From the NCBI GenBank assembly GCA_963693365.1, contig CAVNZM010000003.1, forward strand, positions 1,948,768 through 2,012,767: a DNA stretch of 64,000 nt. Reading direction: 5' to 3'. Below are positions 16,531 through 60,308 of the stretch, one piece after another. Positions within the stretch are counted from its first letter, which is position 1. Each line of letters starts with the position of its first letter. A program made the position numbers and the translations under genes. Under the pieces are notes generated by a model that was not told the DNA's origin, made no database searches, and saw only the letters and a list, made by a program, of their open reading frames with translations. The stretch is from Amoebidium appalachense. Taxonomy: Eukaryota; Protista; Ichthyosporea.

Positions 16531-18322
16531 TCAAGATATCCATTGGTTCCTGCAATGACCAATACCTGTCCCGCAATATCCAGTCGCTGAGCAACACTCA
16601 CCAGTCGCACAAGTCGCCGGCGTGATCCGATCAGCCAATCGCGCGAAGCCGCACCGTTTGTCGCTTCGGGACTTGCTGCTGGTTGCTATGGACGCCGCTG
16701 GTCCTACCGTGATTTTTATCCAATCAATGAAGGCGGTTATGTGTGTATACACACCGTAATTCAGCGGCTGCCCGCATCCTTCGCCCGCGCTGATGACACC
16801 GATCTGCACGGCTTGCTGCCCGTCTGGGTTTATAAAAAATAACGGGCCCCTGCGATTGGTGGAGATTGCTTGTAAGTTTTTGCTAGTATTTGACCAGGCT
16901 TCCCACTGAGATGAGTCACCTTGTATAGCATTAGGTTTCATGAACGCGGAGTTTTCTAGAAAGGCACTATATAATAAGGGGGTATATGGGGACAGGCAAA
17001 AGGTGGGTGGTGCAAACCGCCGGGGGGGGGGGAGGGGGGGATAGCGGGGGGGGGGGGGGGGGGGGGGGGGGGAGGGGGGCTGTGGGGGGAAGGGGATAAA
17101 GAAGAAAGAAGGCCCTAAAGAAAGAGTATAGAGGGTGGGGAAAACATGGGAGACTAGGGGGGAGGGGGGCGAAGTCTGGGGAGAGGGGGGAAGGACGCAT
17201 GGGGGGGGGGGGGGGGGGGGGGGGGGGGTGTACAGGGGGAAGGGAGGGATGGGATGGGTACTACACGTTCGAGTGGGCGTGGGTGTGATATATGTGAACG
17301 GGGGAAAGTGGGGGAATGAGGGGGGCGCACGTCATGCATGTGGGATGTCGAGGGGGGTAGGGGTTGGGGTGGGTGGGGAGAGGGGGGGGGGGGAAAGGGG
17401 GGCCGGGGACGAAGGGGGCAGTGGAACAAGAAGTAGGAAGCAAGAGAGTCTGTACCTGCATGTATTTCTTTCATTTTTTGTTTATTCCTTCTTCCCCTGG
17501 TTTTCGCCCCCAGGGGGGAGGAGGAGGAGGGGGGGAGAGGGGGGGGGGGGGGGGGGGGGGGGGGTAAACAGTTGGACTAGTTAGGATAAGGCAGAGTACA
17601 ACTGAATCAAAATAAAGACAGAGAACGGGTAGAAAGGCACACGCGACCAGGTTGCTTTTACTATGGGCCGACTCAGTCTGTCTCAGACTGAAGTGATCCC
17701 CCGTACTGGGACGGCTTTCTTATATAGCCCCCAGGTTTCGGATCAAGGCCCAGGATTGGTTCATCCGCGGCCAGCGCGGGTGGCAACATGCCATTCGTGA
17801 TTATGGTGCGATCCGAGCCAGTCAGACCTTTGTCCTATTTATGCAAACCTCTTATTGGCTCACGTCGTTTATGTGGTATGCAGCGGAAGAACCATATATG
17901 GTTCACTTTTTGAGTCAGAGTAATTCCTATTGGTGCGGACATAATGTTTATGTGATATTCGTGACAAAGCACGAATCGTGTGCTAGTACATCACATTCTT
18001 TAGTAAACATGTACAGTTCATGTGTACAGTTGTTTACAGGGGGGAGGGGGGAGTGGGGGGAGGTCAGATAATTGAACTGAAACTGAACAAGGGAAAAAGG
18101 AAGAGGCCGGGAACTTATGAAAGTTTAAATCAACCAACACCGTCAACAGTAGTGGCCCGTGCTAAGTTGTTAGTTGTGCATGACGTGTCTGTGAGCATTT
18201 GTGCGTATGCGCTCGGGTATGTGTTTGTGCATGTGTGTCTGTTTGTGTGGGTGTGATTGGGTGGGTGGGAGGGGGGGATGGGGTGGGGGAGGGGGGACGG
18301 GGCTTGGGGTGGGGGGCAGGGG

Positions 18323-18378
<56 letters not shown>

Positions 18379-19161
18379 GGAGGAGGAGACGGGGATTTCT
18401 CACCCGCTCTCACCTTGGCATGCATCCTTTCCGCCATTTGTATACCCCGCACAGATGTGATTCGAGCCAATCACATCGCCATACGTCCTGACACAGGATT
18501 CGGTGACTGTAGGCACTGGTACCTGACGCAAAACGGTGCTCGCTTTTGTTATCATAGCAGAAAAATAACCCCACCCAGCTACAAACGGCATATTCCCGGG
18601 TGATTTAAACATGCTTGTCTCCGGTGTGTTCACTTTAATGTAAGGACCAGGGTGATCGTGGTTGACTTTAAGAAGAGCAATGTCGTTCGAGAACATGCCA
18701 GCTCCGACATAATCCGGGTGGATCACATAGCTTGTGATACCACACGAGAGAAACGTGGTGAGTTTCGTCATGTCTATACCCCCCGCCAGTATCGTGTCCC
18801 CCAGAATGTATTTTTCGTTTGCTTTGACGCAGTGTGCGGCGGTGATGGCCCAATTCTTCGTAATGAAGGTAACACCGCAATACTGTCTGTATTCCCCCGT
18901 TTGTTTTTGGTTGTAACCAACCGCACCCATCCATTTCATCCCGCTTCCAGCGATTCCCGAAACGGGAAGTCCACCCACCACTCGCGCGTTCGGTTGTGGG
19001 GTTTTTACAGCAGCTGCTTGCTTTAATGAATCTTCGGTCGTGGGTGGTAGTTGTTGATCAGTGAATGGTGTAGATGGAAGGGATGATGGGAGAGCACTAC
19101 CCCATGTCAAGGTCGCAAGGAGGTTGAACAGGAAGCAAAGAGGTAAAAGGTTGACGTTCAT
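16531..19161 (-). CDS. Secreted trypsin-like (S1A) serine protease with a C-terminal hevein/CBM18 chitin-binding domain; exons 19161-18404 and 16849-16531
   Basis: Signal peptide, activation site R|VVGG, TAAHC, NDIALL, KDACQGESG|GPL and GVYTHI..FIDWI. The tail CG..CATGECCSATGYCGTGIGHC fits the hevein consensus. The single GT-AG intron is phase 2. Confidence 0.92.
17570..17966 (-). mobile_element. Possible solo-LTR-like fragment in the protease intron
   Basis: On the minus strand: TGTCACG start, three CCAAT boxes (17933, 17858, 17759), CTATATAAG (17727-17719), then AGTAAA (17662-17657). No 3' CA end or target-site duplication found. Confidence 0.3.
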
Positions 19162-21625
19162 TTTCGGACAATCAGGCTCCGCACATGTGCAGGGTGGTCG
19201 AGGTACTCTTCAACCAAGTGTTAGAATCAGTGGTAGTGTTTCGGTCGAGAACCTTACAGGATAGTTGTGGGGCCTAACTTAGAACAAGTTGTCCGTAGGA
19301 CGATAATAGTAGTACAATCGATTGCTGTATTTGAAGGGCTCGGCGACTAGGTACCGGTAAACACCGTAGTTTGTAGTTGTTTGTCATAAAACGTCTGCTG
19401 TGTAGCTGCGGCACCGGCCTCATGTGATCACTCGCAGTCCTTTGAACACAGTGTATTCACGTGTTGTAGCAATTGAGGGGAGTGTTGATCCAGAGATGAA
19501 ATGGAAGCCTCTGTCTTGATCATGATGGCTCGCATTATCGTGACTCGGCTGCTGCTCGGCGCTGCCAAGCACACTTGTGCGCATCAGTGACGGTGGGCAG
19601 ACTGAGTAATCAGGGACTTTATCCTTGCACATAAAACATCTGGAGGACGTGGAAAACTGCCGTTTTTTCATATTCATGGTGTCGGTATATATAGCTGTCT
19701 GGTCGCGGGTCTGAAATAGCGCCAGGCAACCGATCGGTCACGTCACGGCCCTCTGAGGGCCGTGGTCACTGGCGTCACACTGGGTCACCATGTTCCACTG
19801 TCACTGACCAGTCAGAGTGACTCAAGTCGTCGTCACTTTGTTCTTTGGAATTCGGAGTGTTTGTCTGTAGGTGGTTGCTGTACGCAGCACAAAATAAATG
19901 AATGTATACAGCACGTGCAGAAATACAGTGATAATATTGCAGGCGAATAATAAATAACCTCAACTACTTACCCATTATTTTAGCCACCGGAGCAGGCTCA
20001 TACAACTAGTGGGAGCTCCCACGGCCCTCTGAAAAAAAGAGAGCTACTGTCTACAAAACATGGAACATGCGCTCGACATTCCAAAATCTAGGAGGCTAAA
20101 TTCTTTAAAAAAGTGCAGGGTTGGTACATAAACTGTTTACGACGCATTTCATTTTGTAACAGATATTCATTCAAATGGCTTGTTCGCTTCATGGATGACG
20201 ATGGATGGCGAGTAACACAGAAAACATGTTTTGTCCGAGGGAACCACTCAGCATTCGCTTTCTCCCAGCACGAATTTCGAAGCCTGGAAGTCCCTTCGGG
20301 GTTTGCAATTGTGACTCAACAGGGTACGACTATGCAAGTTTCCAAGAAATCTTTCAGCAAAAAAAAAAAAAAGAACTAAGCGGATCAATACGTCCAGAGT
20401 CGAAAAAAAATATAGAATTTGTTCGATCTATATAGAACAATCAAAAATATGGTGCTATGATAAGTCCACCCCTTAAAGGTACGTTGGCATTTCGCCGCTA
20501 ACGCCCCTGCACGATTGAGCGTGCTCGCGTTCAAAAGAATTCACACGAGTGGTGAAATTTTGAATTAAGATTGGTTGAAATTGCACCAAAAATGTACACC
20601 AAGTGAGTTTATCAGCTGCGATTGGTTTACCTAAACTGCACCAGGCTGCACCAGGCAGGTAGTAGCCTACGAGAACCGGGTACACTGGCATAGTAAACTG
20701 TTGTTTACCGAATACGGTAGTTGACATGTTCATGTACATACATACATATATATGTATGCATCTTTATAAGCAATAAGAGTTTGTGAATCACATTGGGCCT
20801 CTTTTCACGTATATCTAGTATTTTGTGTTGTCCAGCGTTTGGTATTTCTGGGGGTTTACGCTGTTTACTCGAGGCAAAGAGAACCAGTCTCAGGTATGGG
20901 GGGGGGTTTTGCTCGGAATATCCCCTCAGCGGTATATCATGATCACGTACATAGATGTCGGGTATCTCTTGTATGCTTTCTTCTAATTTAGATCTGATCC
21001 TCACGTGCTGACATGAATTGTTTTGTGTTTTCCAAGGAATCAAGGATGCCTATATATGAGACGCGTGCTCGGGTGTACACGTTCATATTTTGGCCCAAGC
21101 AAACAAAGGGTGACCAGTTGATTTGTGGTCTGTAGCCTAAGGGCGCAATCCCATTTGCAGGTCGCTCAGTGTAGCGTGCATATCAGTTCGCTCAGTGTAG
21201 CGTACATATCGTCTAGATCGAGCAACCAGCCAGAACCGTCTCATGTGTACTCCGGCAGTGCCTTTGCTACTGTATACGTACATAGTAGCTGCTAACATGT
21301 CTTAGCAAAGGCGGATGATCGAAACGGTGACCAACCTGCGGTGTGCGCATAACAGGTGCACACACAGTACAGTTGATCATAGATAGGTTGTGCCCTCACA
21401 CATGCACCGTAATTATAACTTCACTAAAAAGAACACCTTTGAAATCATGAACACGATCGGAGTACAAAATTAAGAGCTTCAAATATTTGTGCGAAACGAG
21501 GATTTGACCGTAGAAGGGATATATCCCGCTGCATGCACAGCCCAAAATGTCTAGATCTACCCGTCATGCTCACGGCAGCTGTTACGGATAGGGAGCCCCT
21601 ACGTCTTCAAGCCGTTGATGGACAT

Positions 21626-21671
21626 TGTGTCACATAAATTTTGCACGATATCATTTGAATAATTTATTGAA

Positions 21672-21714
<43 letters not shown>

Positions 21715-21765
21715 CCCGTCGTAGTTCTGTTGACGTTATGTCTATGACGTATGTACACAGAAACC

Positions 21766-21804
<39 letters not shown>

Positions 21805-21874
21805 ACCCACCCACCCCACCCCTTCCCCCCAATATATTATTCAAATGATATCGTGCAAAATTTATGTGCCACAA
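21626..21874. mobile_element. MITE-like element with ~38-bp terminal inverted repeats enclosing poly-T and poly-C tracts
   Basis: TTGTGTCACATAAATTTTGCACGATATCATTTGAATAAT (21626-21663) is the reverse complement of about 21836-21874 with one mismatch. Confidence 0.7.
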
Positions 21875-22460
21875 GTGCAACAAGTTATGAAACTGTAACT
21901 GTTACATCAACGTAACGTGTACACGATAGTGTCATCTGCGCATGCATACAGTTGCTGTCAAAAATGACGCACCGGCCCGGGCCAAGTGGTCAGGCTTGCC
22001 AAGGCTTCCGGTCATAATCAGAAATGCTTCTTTTGATTCTCTTGAAGTTTTGGTTACATATCGTTCTTTTTTTTTTTTTGCCTTTTTCCCTGTCGCCTCC
22101 TCTGAACATGTTAAAAAAAAGCCTTTTCTGTTAAGGCTTGTGAGCTATAGGTTATTCTATTTCTGGTGTTGATTAAATCCGTTTTGCGTTTTGTTGAATG
22201 AATGTATTTTTGAGCTCTTCTTTCTGAAACATTAGAACACCTCCCGCAAGGCTCCGGGACATTGTCTGTTGCTTCATACAAACTTAGAATATTTTTTATT
22301 TTTTATTTTTTATTTATTTTTATTTATTTCATATTATTATTATTATTTTCTATTCCATTCCCCAACCCCCCCCCCCCCCCCCCTCCTCCTCCCCCTCCCC
22401 TTCCCCCCTCCCCCTCCCCGCCTTTTCCCTCCTCCCCGCTTCCTTTCCCATCCCCCTTCC

Positions 22461-22491
<31 letters not shown>

Positions 22492-22504
22492 AAAGAGTGC
22501 CAAG

Positions 22505-34292
<11,788 letters not shown>

Positions 34293-34651
34293 ATCTGCAT
34301 CTTGAAATTTAGCGTATCTTATGTGATTTTTGGGATATTTAACAGGGAAACCACGGAAACTATTACCTGGTTATGCTGCAGAATTCTCGAACGCTGTTAT
34401 TGTACGGCGTGTCCACGTGCATATTAATTATTCCTGTTGTTTTATTTATTGAACTCGTGTGACTATTTCACAGTGGACCCATGCCAGGCCGAGTTGAACT
34501 TTCTGTATTTGATATACCTGAAAAGATTATCTGTGCATTTATTCGACCAGGATTGACACTGTTTGTAAAGCACGTTGAAATTTCGGCCTCTGGCTCTGTG
34601 TCAGCATTCCACCACCACATAATATGTTGTTCTCGCCTCTGCCTCCCCCCC

Positions 34652-34682
<31 letters not shown>

Positions 34683-34738
34683 ACACACGCACGCACGCAC
34701 GCACACACGGGCCTCCCACGTCTTTTTTTTTTTTTTTT

Positions 34739-34770
<32 letters not shown>

Positions 34771-36190
34771 GGACGCCGAAGACCGCAGCCAAGTTCTACG
34801 AAACTGGCCTGTTTGTGTTGGTGCAGATTTCTCTGGGCACTGAAAGGCTGTGCTCAGTGAACAAGAGGCGACCTGCCAGTGTTCTGCTCACGATATGGAA
34901 GTTGGAGAAAAGGTTTTATTTTGGTCATTCATGGCATTCTTTTTCGCTGCCTCAGTTTTCTCAGTATGTTACCAAATTTCCGCTTTTCGTATGTTGATAT
35001 GGCGTATGGTATTGACATGCAAACACAAATTGTCTTTGACGACGTCGACGTCGTATTGCAACTCAAGTGTACCCATGTGTGTGTGTGTTTGTGATGGGGG
35101 GAGGGGGGGGGGGGGGGAGGGGGGGAGGGGGGAAGTACAAACAAGACAAAATAACCAGTATCATGGCAATCGTATGTAATACGGTGGTGCTGGCCATGCA
35201 TATGGTGCACGTGCGCGTGGTGGTGGTACAGGGCGCGGGCGGGGGCGTAGTAGTAGTGGTGGTTGGGTTGGGGTTGGGGCTGGGGGGAGGGGGGGGGGGG
35301 GGGATGATGGAATCTGCAGCACCAGTTTCTCGCATGCATAATGTGACCGGCCGTTCCCTCTCTCTGCTCTACCATACATAATATGTGCATCAAGGAGGGC
35401 AGGAGTGTATGCGGCAGGGAGGGGGCTTTGGAGTTGCCGGGGTTGTGGGGGGGGAGGGGACCGGGAGGGGAAGGAGGGGGGGGGGGGGGGGGGGGAGAGA
35501 GAGAGAGAGAGAGAGAGAGATCATAGGCTAGAAAGAGAGAGAGAGAGCGAGAGAGAGAGCGAGAGAGAGAGATGTGCCGCATCATCTGCGCCAACCTTGA
35601 ACCATCAAAAAATTACCGAAGCTTCGAAGTCGGGGCGCCGCGTTGTGTCGCTGGCGCACCGACGGCACCGTTCGCGACGATGACCTCGAAAACACGAACA
35701 TATCACCTTTCTGCCACTATGTATGCATAGAGAGTTGGGCGCCCAGGAGCACCCTCTTGAGCTCGTCTCAAAACCCAAAAACACCTCACTCATGTGAATT
35801 AGAGAGAGACGAGACGGTCTGAATTATGGGCGATATGTGTGGGATTTGTTGTGGTTTGACGTGCAAATTTGGTGACAATTTATTTAAAAACAGCTTGATT
35901 TCGGGTACCAACCAACATATTTGGAAGGTTTGAAAGGTTTCGATGTAACGAATTTTAGAGTGAACAAAAACCCAAGCCCTCCCAAAACGAAGCTGTTTTT
36001 GTCCGGATTCAGTCTATTTCAGGCTATTATTTTCCAATATGTTTCAATTTAGATTGTATTTCAGTGCATGATTTTCAATAATCGGTGAATAGCATTCAAC
36101 AGCTATTCGTTTTGATTGGCGGTCATGAATGGGCGTAGTCGGTCATTCATGGGCGTAGTCCATTCATGCATGACTACGCCAGACTAGTAG

Positions 36191-36268
36191 TCACGACTAG
36201 TCAGGAGTATAGTCCGGGATATTACGGTCTCACGACTAGTCAGGAGTATAGTCCGGGATATTACGGTC
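36191..36268. repeat. 39-bp tandem duplication TCACGACTAGTCAGGAGTATAGTCCGGGATATTACGGTC x2
   Basis: Seen directly in the sequence. Confidence 0.85.
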
Positions 36269-36337
36269 AGTCTGACTGCTCTATTATGATGCAATCAATA
36301 CACAACATGTACATACTTTACTTGAATGAACTAAGGG

Positions 36338-36670
36338 GCGGATCGATTGTTTGGATAATCAGGATCCGTGCGAATATTATATTCGCTTGGGGCGTATAAG
36401 CGAAGCGAATATATATTATTCGCTCGGATCGATTGTTTGGATAATCAGGATGCGAGCGAATATAATACTCACTTGGGGGGTTGGATAATCAGGATGCGAG
36501 CAAATATTATATTCGCTCGCATCCAGATTACAACCCCCAAGCGAATATAATATTCGCTCGTATAAGCGAATATAATATTCGCTCGGATCTATTGGTTGGA
36601 TAATCAGGATCCGAGCAAATATTATATTCGCTTGGGGGGTTTGATATTCCGGATAATATAATATTCGCAT
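36338..36670. repeat. Array of ~8 palindromic GCGAATAT(A/T)ATATTCGC motifs interleaved with 4 TTGGATAATCAGGAT motifs
   Basis: Palindrome copies start near 36370, 36406, 36456, 36500, 36541, 36566, 36614 and 36653. Confidence 0.85.
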
Positions 36671-36710
36671 TGTGACTCGTATTCATTTTTTTATATTTTT
36701 TTTTTTGCAG

Positions 36711-36998
36711 ATGGCGTCCCACCTTCCCACGTTGGTTCGGTCTATTTTTGATATTTCCTTCGATGATATCAAGCGCCCTTCCAAGATTGTTGAGCCAAGG
36801 TGTCTGTCCCAGCGCGACCCAACGGATATCGACCCCTTTGTGTTTGACAAGGAAGCCAAAGCGAAGGCTTCCCTGGATAAGTGGATTGTATTCAAAGGTT
36901 GGGCACCGTTGTCGAGTTTCCGTTTTTGGGGGATGGAACAGTGGGGGCTTGGTCCGACCCGTCCACTCAGGCAAGAAGATGGAGTCCGTCGTCAATGG
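36711..36998 (+). CDS. Orphan 96-codon exon (MASHLPTLVRSIFDISFDDIKRP...RRQW); possible terminal exon at 37193-37207
   Basis: Strong acceptor (T-tract then GCAG|ATG) and perfect donor (G|GTAAGT). The frame is open and phase 0-0. No recognisable family. Confidence 0.4.
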
Positions 36999-37488
36999 GT
37001 AAGTTGAGTGTGTTGCTATGTGAGTTTTCCACGATAGAAACATTGATTAACGATTTGTTTGCTGGAATTGTTGGTTCGTTAGTGTTTCTTGTACGTATGA
37101 TGTACTATGGACTTTAAAATTGTATCTGTTTAGTCTGTGAATGAGACCCAGAATTATTGGAGCAGCTATCCCGCTTTAACCGCGCTGTCCAGGTGGTTCC
37201 CTCCTGAACAGCGTGCAGTGCATACACACACGATACAATAACAAGTCTGGGTGTGGTTTATTTTGACACATTGAAGTGTGTGTGCAGTGCACACATGTAC
37301 ACGATACAATAACATGATTGGACATAGTCTATACATTGTCAAAGAGTATGATAATGTCGTGCTTGGATTCGCTTACACTGATGTATGTGTGTGTGTGTGT
37401 GTGGAATGACACACACACACCATAAAATACAGCGTAAACCTTACATTTGCAACCTTACCACGTGCACCCATGTACTCCCTCCCTGTTT

Positions 37489-37525
<37 letters not shown>

Positions 37526-37701
37526 AATTTTGCCATCTAGGCAAGACCGTGCAGGTCCGTGCACACGCTGTGTTTCTCCAACCACATATACACACCCTGA
37601 CCCCCCTGCACCCCTGCACTCCCTCCCTGTTTCCGGGATAGTATGTAGGGGGGGGGGGGGGGGGGGGGGGAAGGTTACGACAATGATTTTTTATTACCCC
37701 C

Positions 37702-37736
<35 letters not shown>

Positions 37737-38459
37737 CGCCCACACTGTGTTTTTCCCACCACATACAAACCCTCTGACCCCCCTGTCACCCAGGGTAGTA
37801 GGGGGGGGGGGGGGGGTGCATTTTGGCCTGCCCGATATTCACCCTAGATCAGTCAAATTTGACGACCTGGATTTTAATTAGAGATGACAACACTTTGGCC
37901 TGGACGACACTTTGGCCTGCAACACTCCCCCCCCCTCCCCCCATAGTAGGTAACCCCCTCCGCCTGCCCAACCCCCCCGGCCCATACACACACACCAGGA
38001 TGCAAGACATGTCACGTCCCTGTAAGGACATTAAAGGTATAAGTCACCGATGGTTACCGCCATTTGTGGCAGCAATAGTTTCTGTTCTTGTAATAATGAT
38101 TCAAAGACCTCCATACTAACTAACAGCCCGGGGGCTCTCGTCTGAAATGACGTGATGCAACGTGTTAACGGCGTGCCACTGCACGTGGTTTTTCCTCGAT
38201 GTGCACTGCGTGAACAAAAGTGTGACAAAAAGAATCAGGCTGGAGTTCGAACACTTGAAATGTGTGAGTAATTCGTAGGGTTTCAGCAAACAAAGGCGAC
38301 GAAACAAAACTTGACCATGCACAGGTGCCGGGGACTCCGGCTGCGTGACTGCGTCGACGGTACATGGGAGTGGGATGACTCAGAGGAGTGGGGCTTCGCA
38401 TGTTTGTTTGATTTGAAGAATGGCGGGCGATTTCAGCAAATCAAAATGCAAAGCGAAAC

Positions 38460-38778
38460 ACCAATCAGCAGCGTCTTGTTTTAGTGCACCAATCAGATGT
38501 GAAGGAACCATGAAAGCAAGAGATGTGTAAATGCAATTTCGCTGCCGTTAGGTAGCACGTTACTCAATTCAAGAAGAATATTTCTTGTTCACTTGACAAT
38601 TACAACTATCTGACAGTCAATACGCCCTATTTACAAACAAAAAACACCAAAGATATTTTGATATTGAGAAAAAACAATCATTCAAGCCTTATTTTAAGGC
38701 TGCGGTCGGATGAGTCAGACTGTGACAGCAGAAAAATTTACCTAGCTCTTGTCGTGATATCTAAGAATCCAATCAGCA
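38460..38778 (+). promoter_or_regulatory. Cluster of CCAATCAG (NF-Y-type) boxes upstream of the first GH114 gene
   Basis: CCAATCAG at about 38461, 38489 and 38769. Inverted ATTGG boxes also cluster at 59739-59790, upstream of the second GH114 gene. Confidence 0.3.
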
Positions 38779-39492
38779 GCCGCTATCCGTGGTTCGCAGA
38801 TGACGTTCTTCCGGCGGCCGGCCGTCGCTCAATGACGGAAAAAGCACATCGAACTGTCGAAAACATTAGGTTCCCTGCCGAGCGATTAATTTAACAGACT
38901 ATACACGTCTCTATGCAACTCCCACAATACTTATGCCAAGAAATAACTTCGGGCTTGGTAGTAGAAGCGCTTGAAAACGAATGCCATCATGATGTGTGAC
39001 ATGCTGAGTCACGTCCACCAGATCTGGAATAGATCTTGATACTCGGTGCGGCTATACCTTGCGTTGCCCTAATGTTACCACCTTACTAGAATTGATGCGC
39101 TGCTAAAGTGACAAGAAAATAGCTGTTACTGGGAAGCTAACAGACTATTAACTGTACAAGTAATACAATCAGATGTCGTTGAGTTTTCGTCTCGTTTATC
39201 ACGTGAAAACCATTCATGCTTACGGTTGAGATAGGGGTATTTTCCCTCGTCACCACCACCACCATTTCCGTGGTTAATTTCAGTGGTTAGTTTTAAAACC
39301 CTTACATTTGCAGACACGTTGAGCAATGCTACACAGACACCACCTACTTCAGTTTCTTTTCATAGCTCGAGCCTAACCAGAAGAAACACAGCATAAAATA
39401 CTGTTAGAACACACGACCGTAACATAAAATTTTGCATTTCTTCCCTTGGCTATTCCCCTGCTGGGGCATCCCCTTTAGCAGGGAGAGCGAAA

Positions 39493-58260
<18,768 letters not shown>

Positions 58261-58418
58261 AGTGAATTGTAGGTGTTACCTAGATTTTAGCTAGTGTGTT
58301 TATTAATGGGGGGGTTCCTGGTAGTAATAGAGGTTGTGTGATCTTTTGTGATCTCGATCTCGGTGTGTAGTTGCTATGTCGACACGCAAGCGCACACGTA
58401 TACACTCACACACACAAC

Positions 58419-58470
<52 letters not shown>

Positions 58471-58516
58471 CAAAAACACAAACACGCATGCACGCACGCA
58501 CACACACGCACGTGCG

Positions 58517-58587
<71 letters not shown>

Positions 58588-59131
58588 AAAACCGACATGT
58601 GTCTGTTGTTTGCTGTGCTGATAGAACATGTAGGACGATTACGATTACGCGAGTAGTTTGACTGCCTGGTCCCGTGGTGGCTTCATAGCACGGCACCTTT
58701 TTGCGTCAATGATTAGGCAAATAAGTGTCATAGATGTTATGCCTGTTTATATGATAATGACAGTTTTCTGAAACAAGTGTGCATTGATGGAGAATAGAAA
58801 GTCTTGAAGGACAAACATGAGTTGAGACAGCTTGGAGGAGTATGTGTTTTATCAGAGAGCAACTAATATGATGTAGAGTGATGCGATTGGTTGATGGAGG
58901 CATGTGCTGTCGGCGTGTTTTCGTGCTACATAACATGCTTCCCTGTCGTGTTTTGCAGCTTTGCGTGCCCGTTGCCACTGACCATACCAAAGATGCCTAC
59001 TAGTAGGCCTGCGTGGTACTTTCGTCGAGTCTGTAACGAGGTCCGGTATATAAAAAGTGACATCATTACTATGACTTGTTGCCCTCTCCCTCGCCCCTCC
59101 CACCCCCCCCCCCCCCTCCCCCCCTCCCCCC

Positions 59132-59162
<31 letters not shown>

Positions 59163-59430
59163 ACACACACACCCCTGCCCCCCCATGTTGAAACATTTCC
59201 CCCCTCACATTCTTCAGATACCTATCCCTACCCCCCCCCCCCCCCCCCTCCCCGCTCTCCCCTCTGGAGTGTCAGTGGTCCGTTCTCCACGTCCCACCTT
59301 CCCCATCAGCAACCCCCCCCCCCCCCATATGTTGGAACAACCCCCCTTTCCACGCTACCCCCCCACCCCCTCTCCGAATCCGAGTGCAAGTGGCCTGTTC
59401 TCCCACTTCCCCCCCCCCCCCCCCCCCCCG

Positions 59431-59471
<41 letters not shown>

Positions 59472-60308
59472 CCACGCTACTGTACCGTACCTCCAAACCT
59501 TGGCCCCCAGGCCCTTGGTCATGCGGCACACTAAACGGGCCATTCACCAAGGTCCGGACTTAAATATTTGACAAGAGCGGTAAGGACGAAACTAAGGCTC
59601 GAGCTAGGAGTTACAGCCTGTTGTGTACGTGCGTGGTGATGGTGGCGCGGTAGGGACAGTCACGGTTCAATTGCAACATAATCAACGTTTGTCCTTCACA
59701 GTTCTGGAATGTGCTCGTGTTAGTGCAGCTGCATTATGATTGGTCTGTGGTTGATTGGTTTAGCGCGAACCAACGGAAGCGTTCCTATTGGTTATAACTG
59801 CAACACCTGGCTCTGACGTGTAACAGACGATTACGTAACCGTCTCATGAGGTACATGTCGACACTCCGTAGTGTCGGACGCGCGCGCATCCACAACATAC
59901 ACACACCGAACTTACGTTTCATTTTCCACACAGCGTGAAACTGAAACACCGCTACAGCACGCTTAATTTATCTCCCACAAAATCAGGGCTAATACATGTG
60001 TTGTTATTGTATTATTACGGAGACACAACTTTATCACAAACCTTGCTTGAAGCCCACACAGCTCACCATTTTAGACACACTGTTTCGTTTGTGTGGGAAG
60101 CTTAAGAGCGGCGAGGCTTTACAAGCACGTTGTTAAAATTCCATCCCATTTTGCGCTTTCCAAGGAGGGAGTGCTTTTTTCAAGAGCATTCCTTTTGTTC
60201 ATATCCACAGCATATGGTAGTGCTAAAGAACGAAAGTAGCCTTCAAACCCTATACCGTGTGTGCCCAGGGCTGGAGTCTTAACGTTGCAGCCCAAATTAC
60301 CGGGAACA

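Noticed and set aside
16850-16941. ORF 16531-16941 as an independent gene starting MKPNAIQGDS
   Set aside because: Homology to the protease begins only at the acceptor (16849). The upstream part is best read as intron and is kept only as a possible alternative isoform.
20473-21043. Short minus-strand ORFs in the FEN1/protease intergenic region
   Set aside because: No recognisable motifs or splice structure.
35570-35800. GC-rich segment resembling a DNA-transposon end
   Set aside because: No partner terminus, second copy or coding remnant in the window to support it.
36191-36670. CRISPR-like repeat array
   Set aside because: The intervening sequences are themselves repeated and irregular rather than unique spacers, there are no cas genes, and the context is eukaryotic.
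38235-38260. GGAGTTCGAAC resembling a tRNA T-loop or Pol III B-box
   Set aside because: No cloverleaf or matching A-box could be built.
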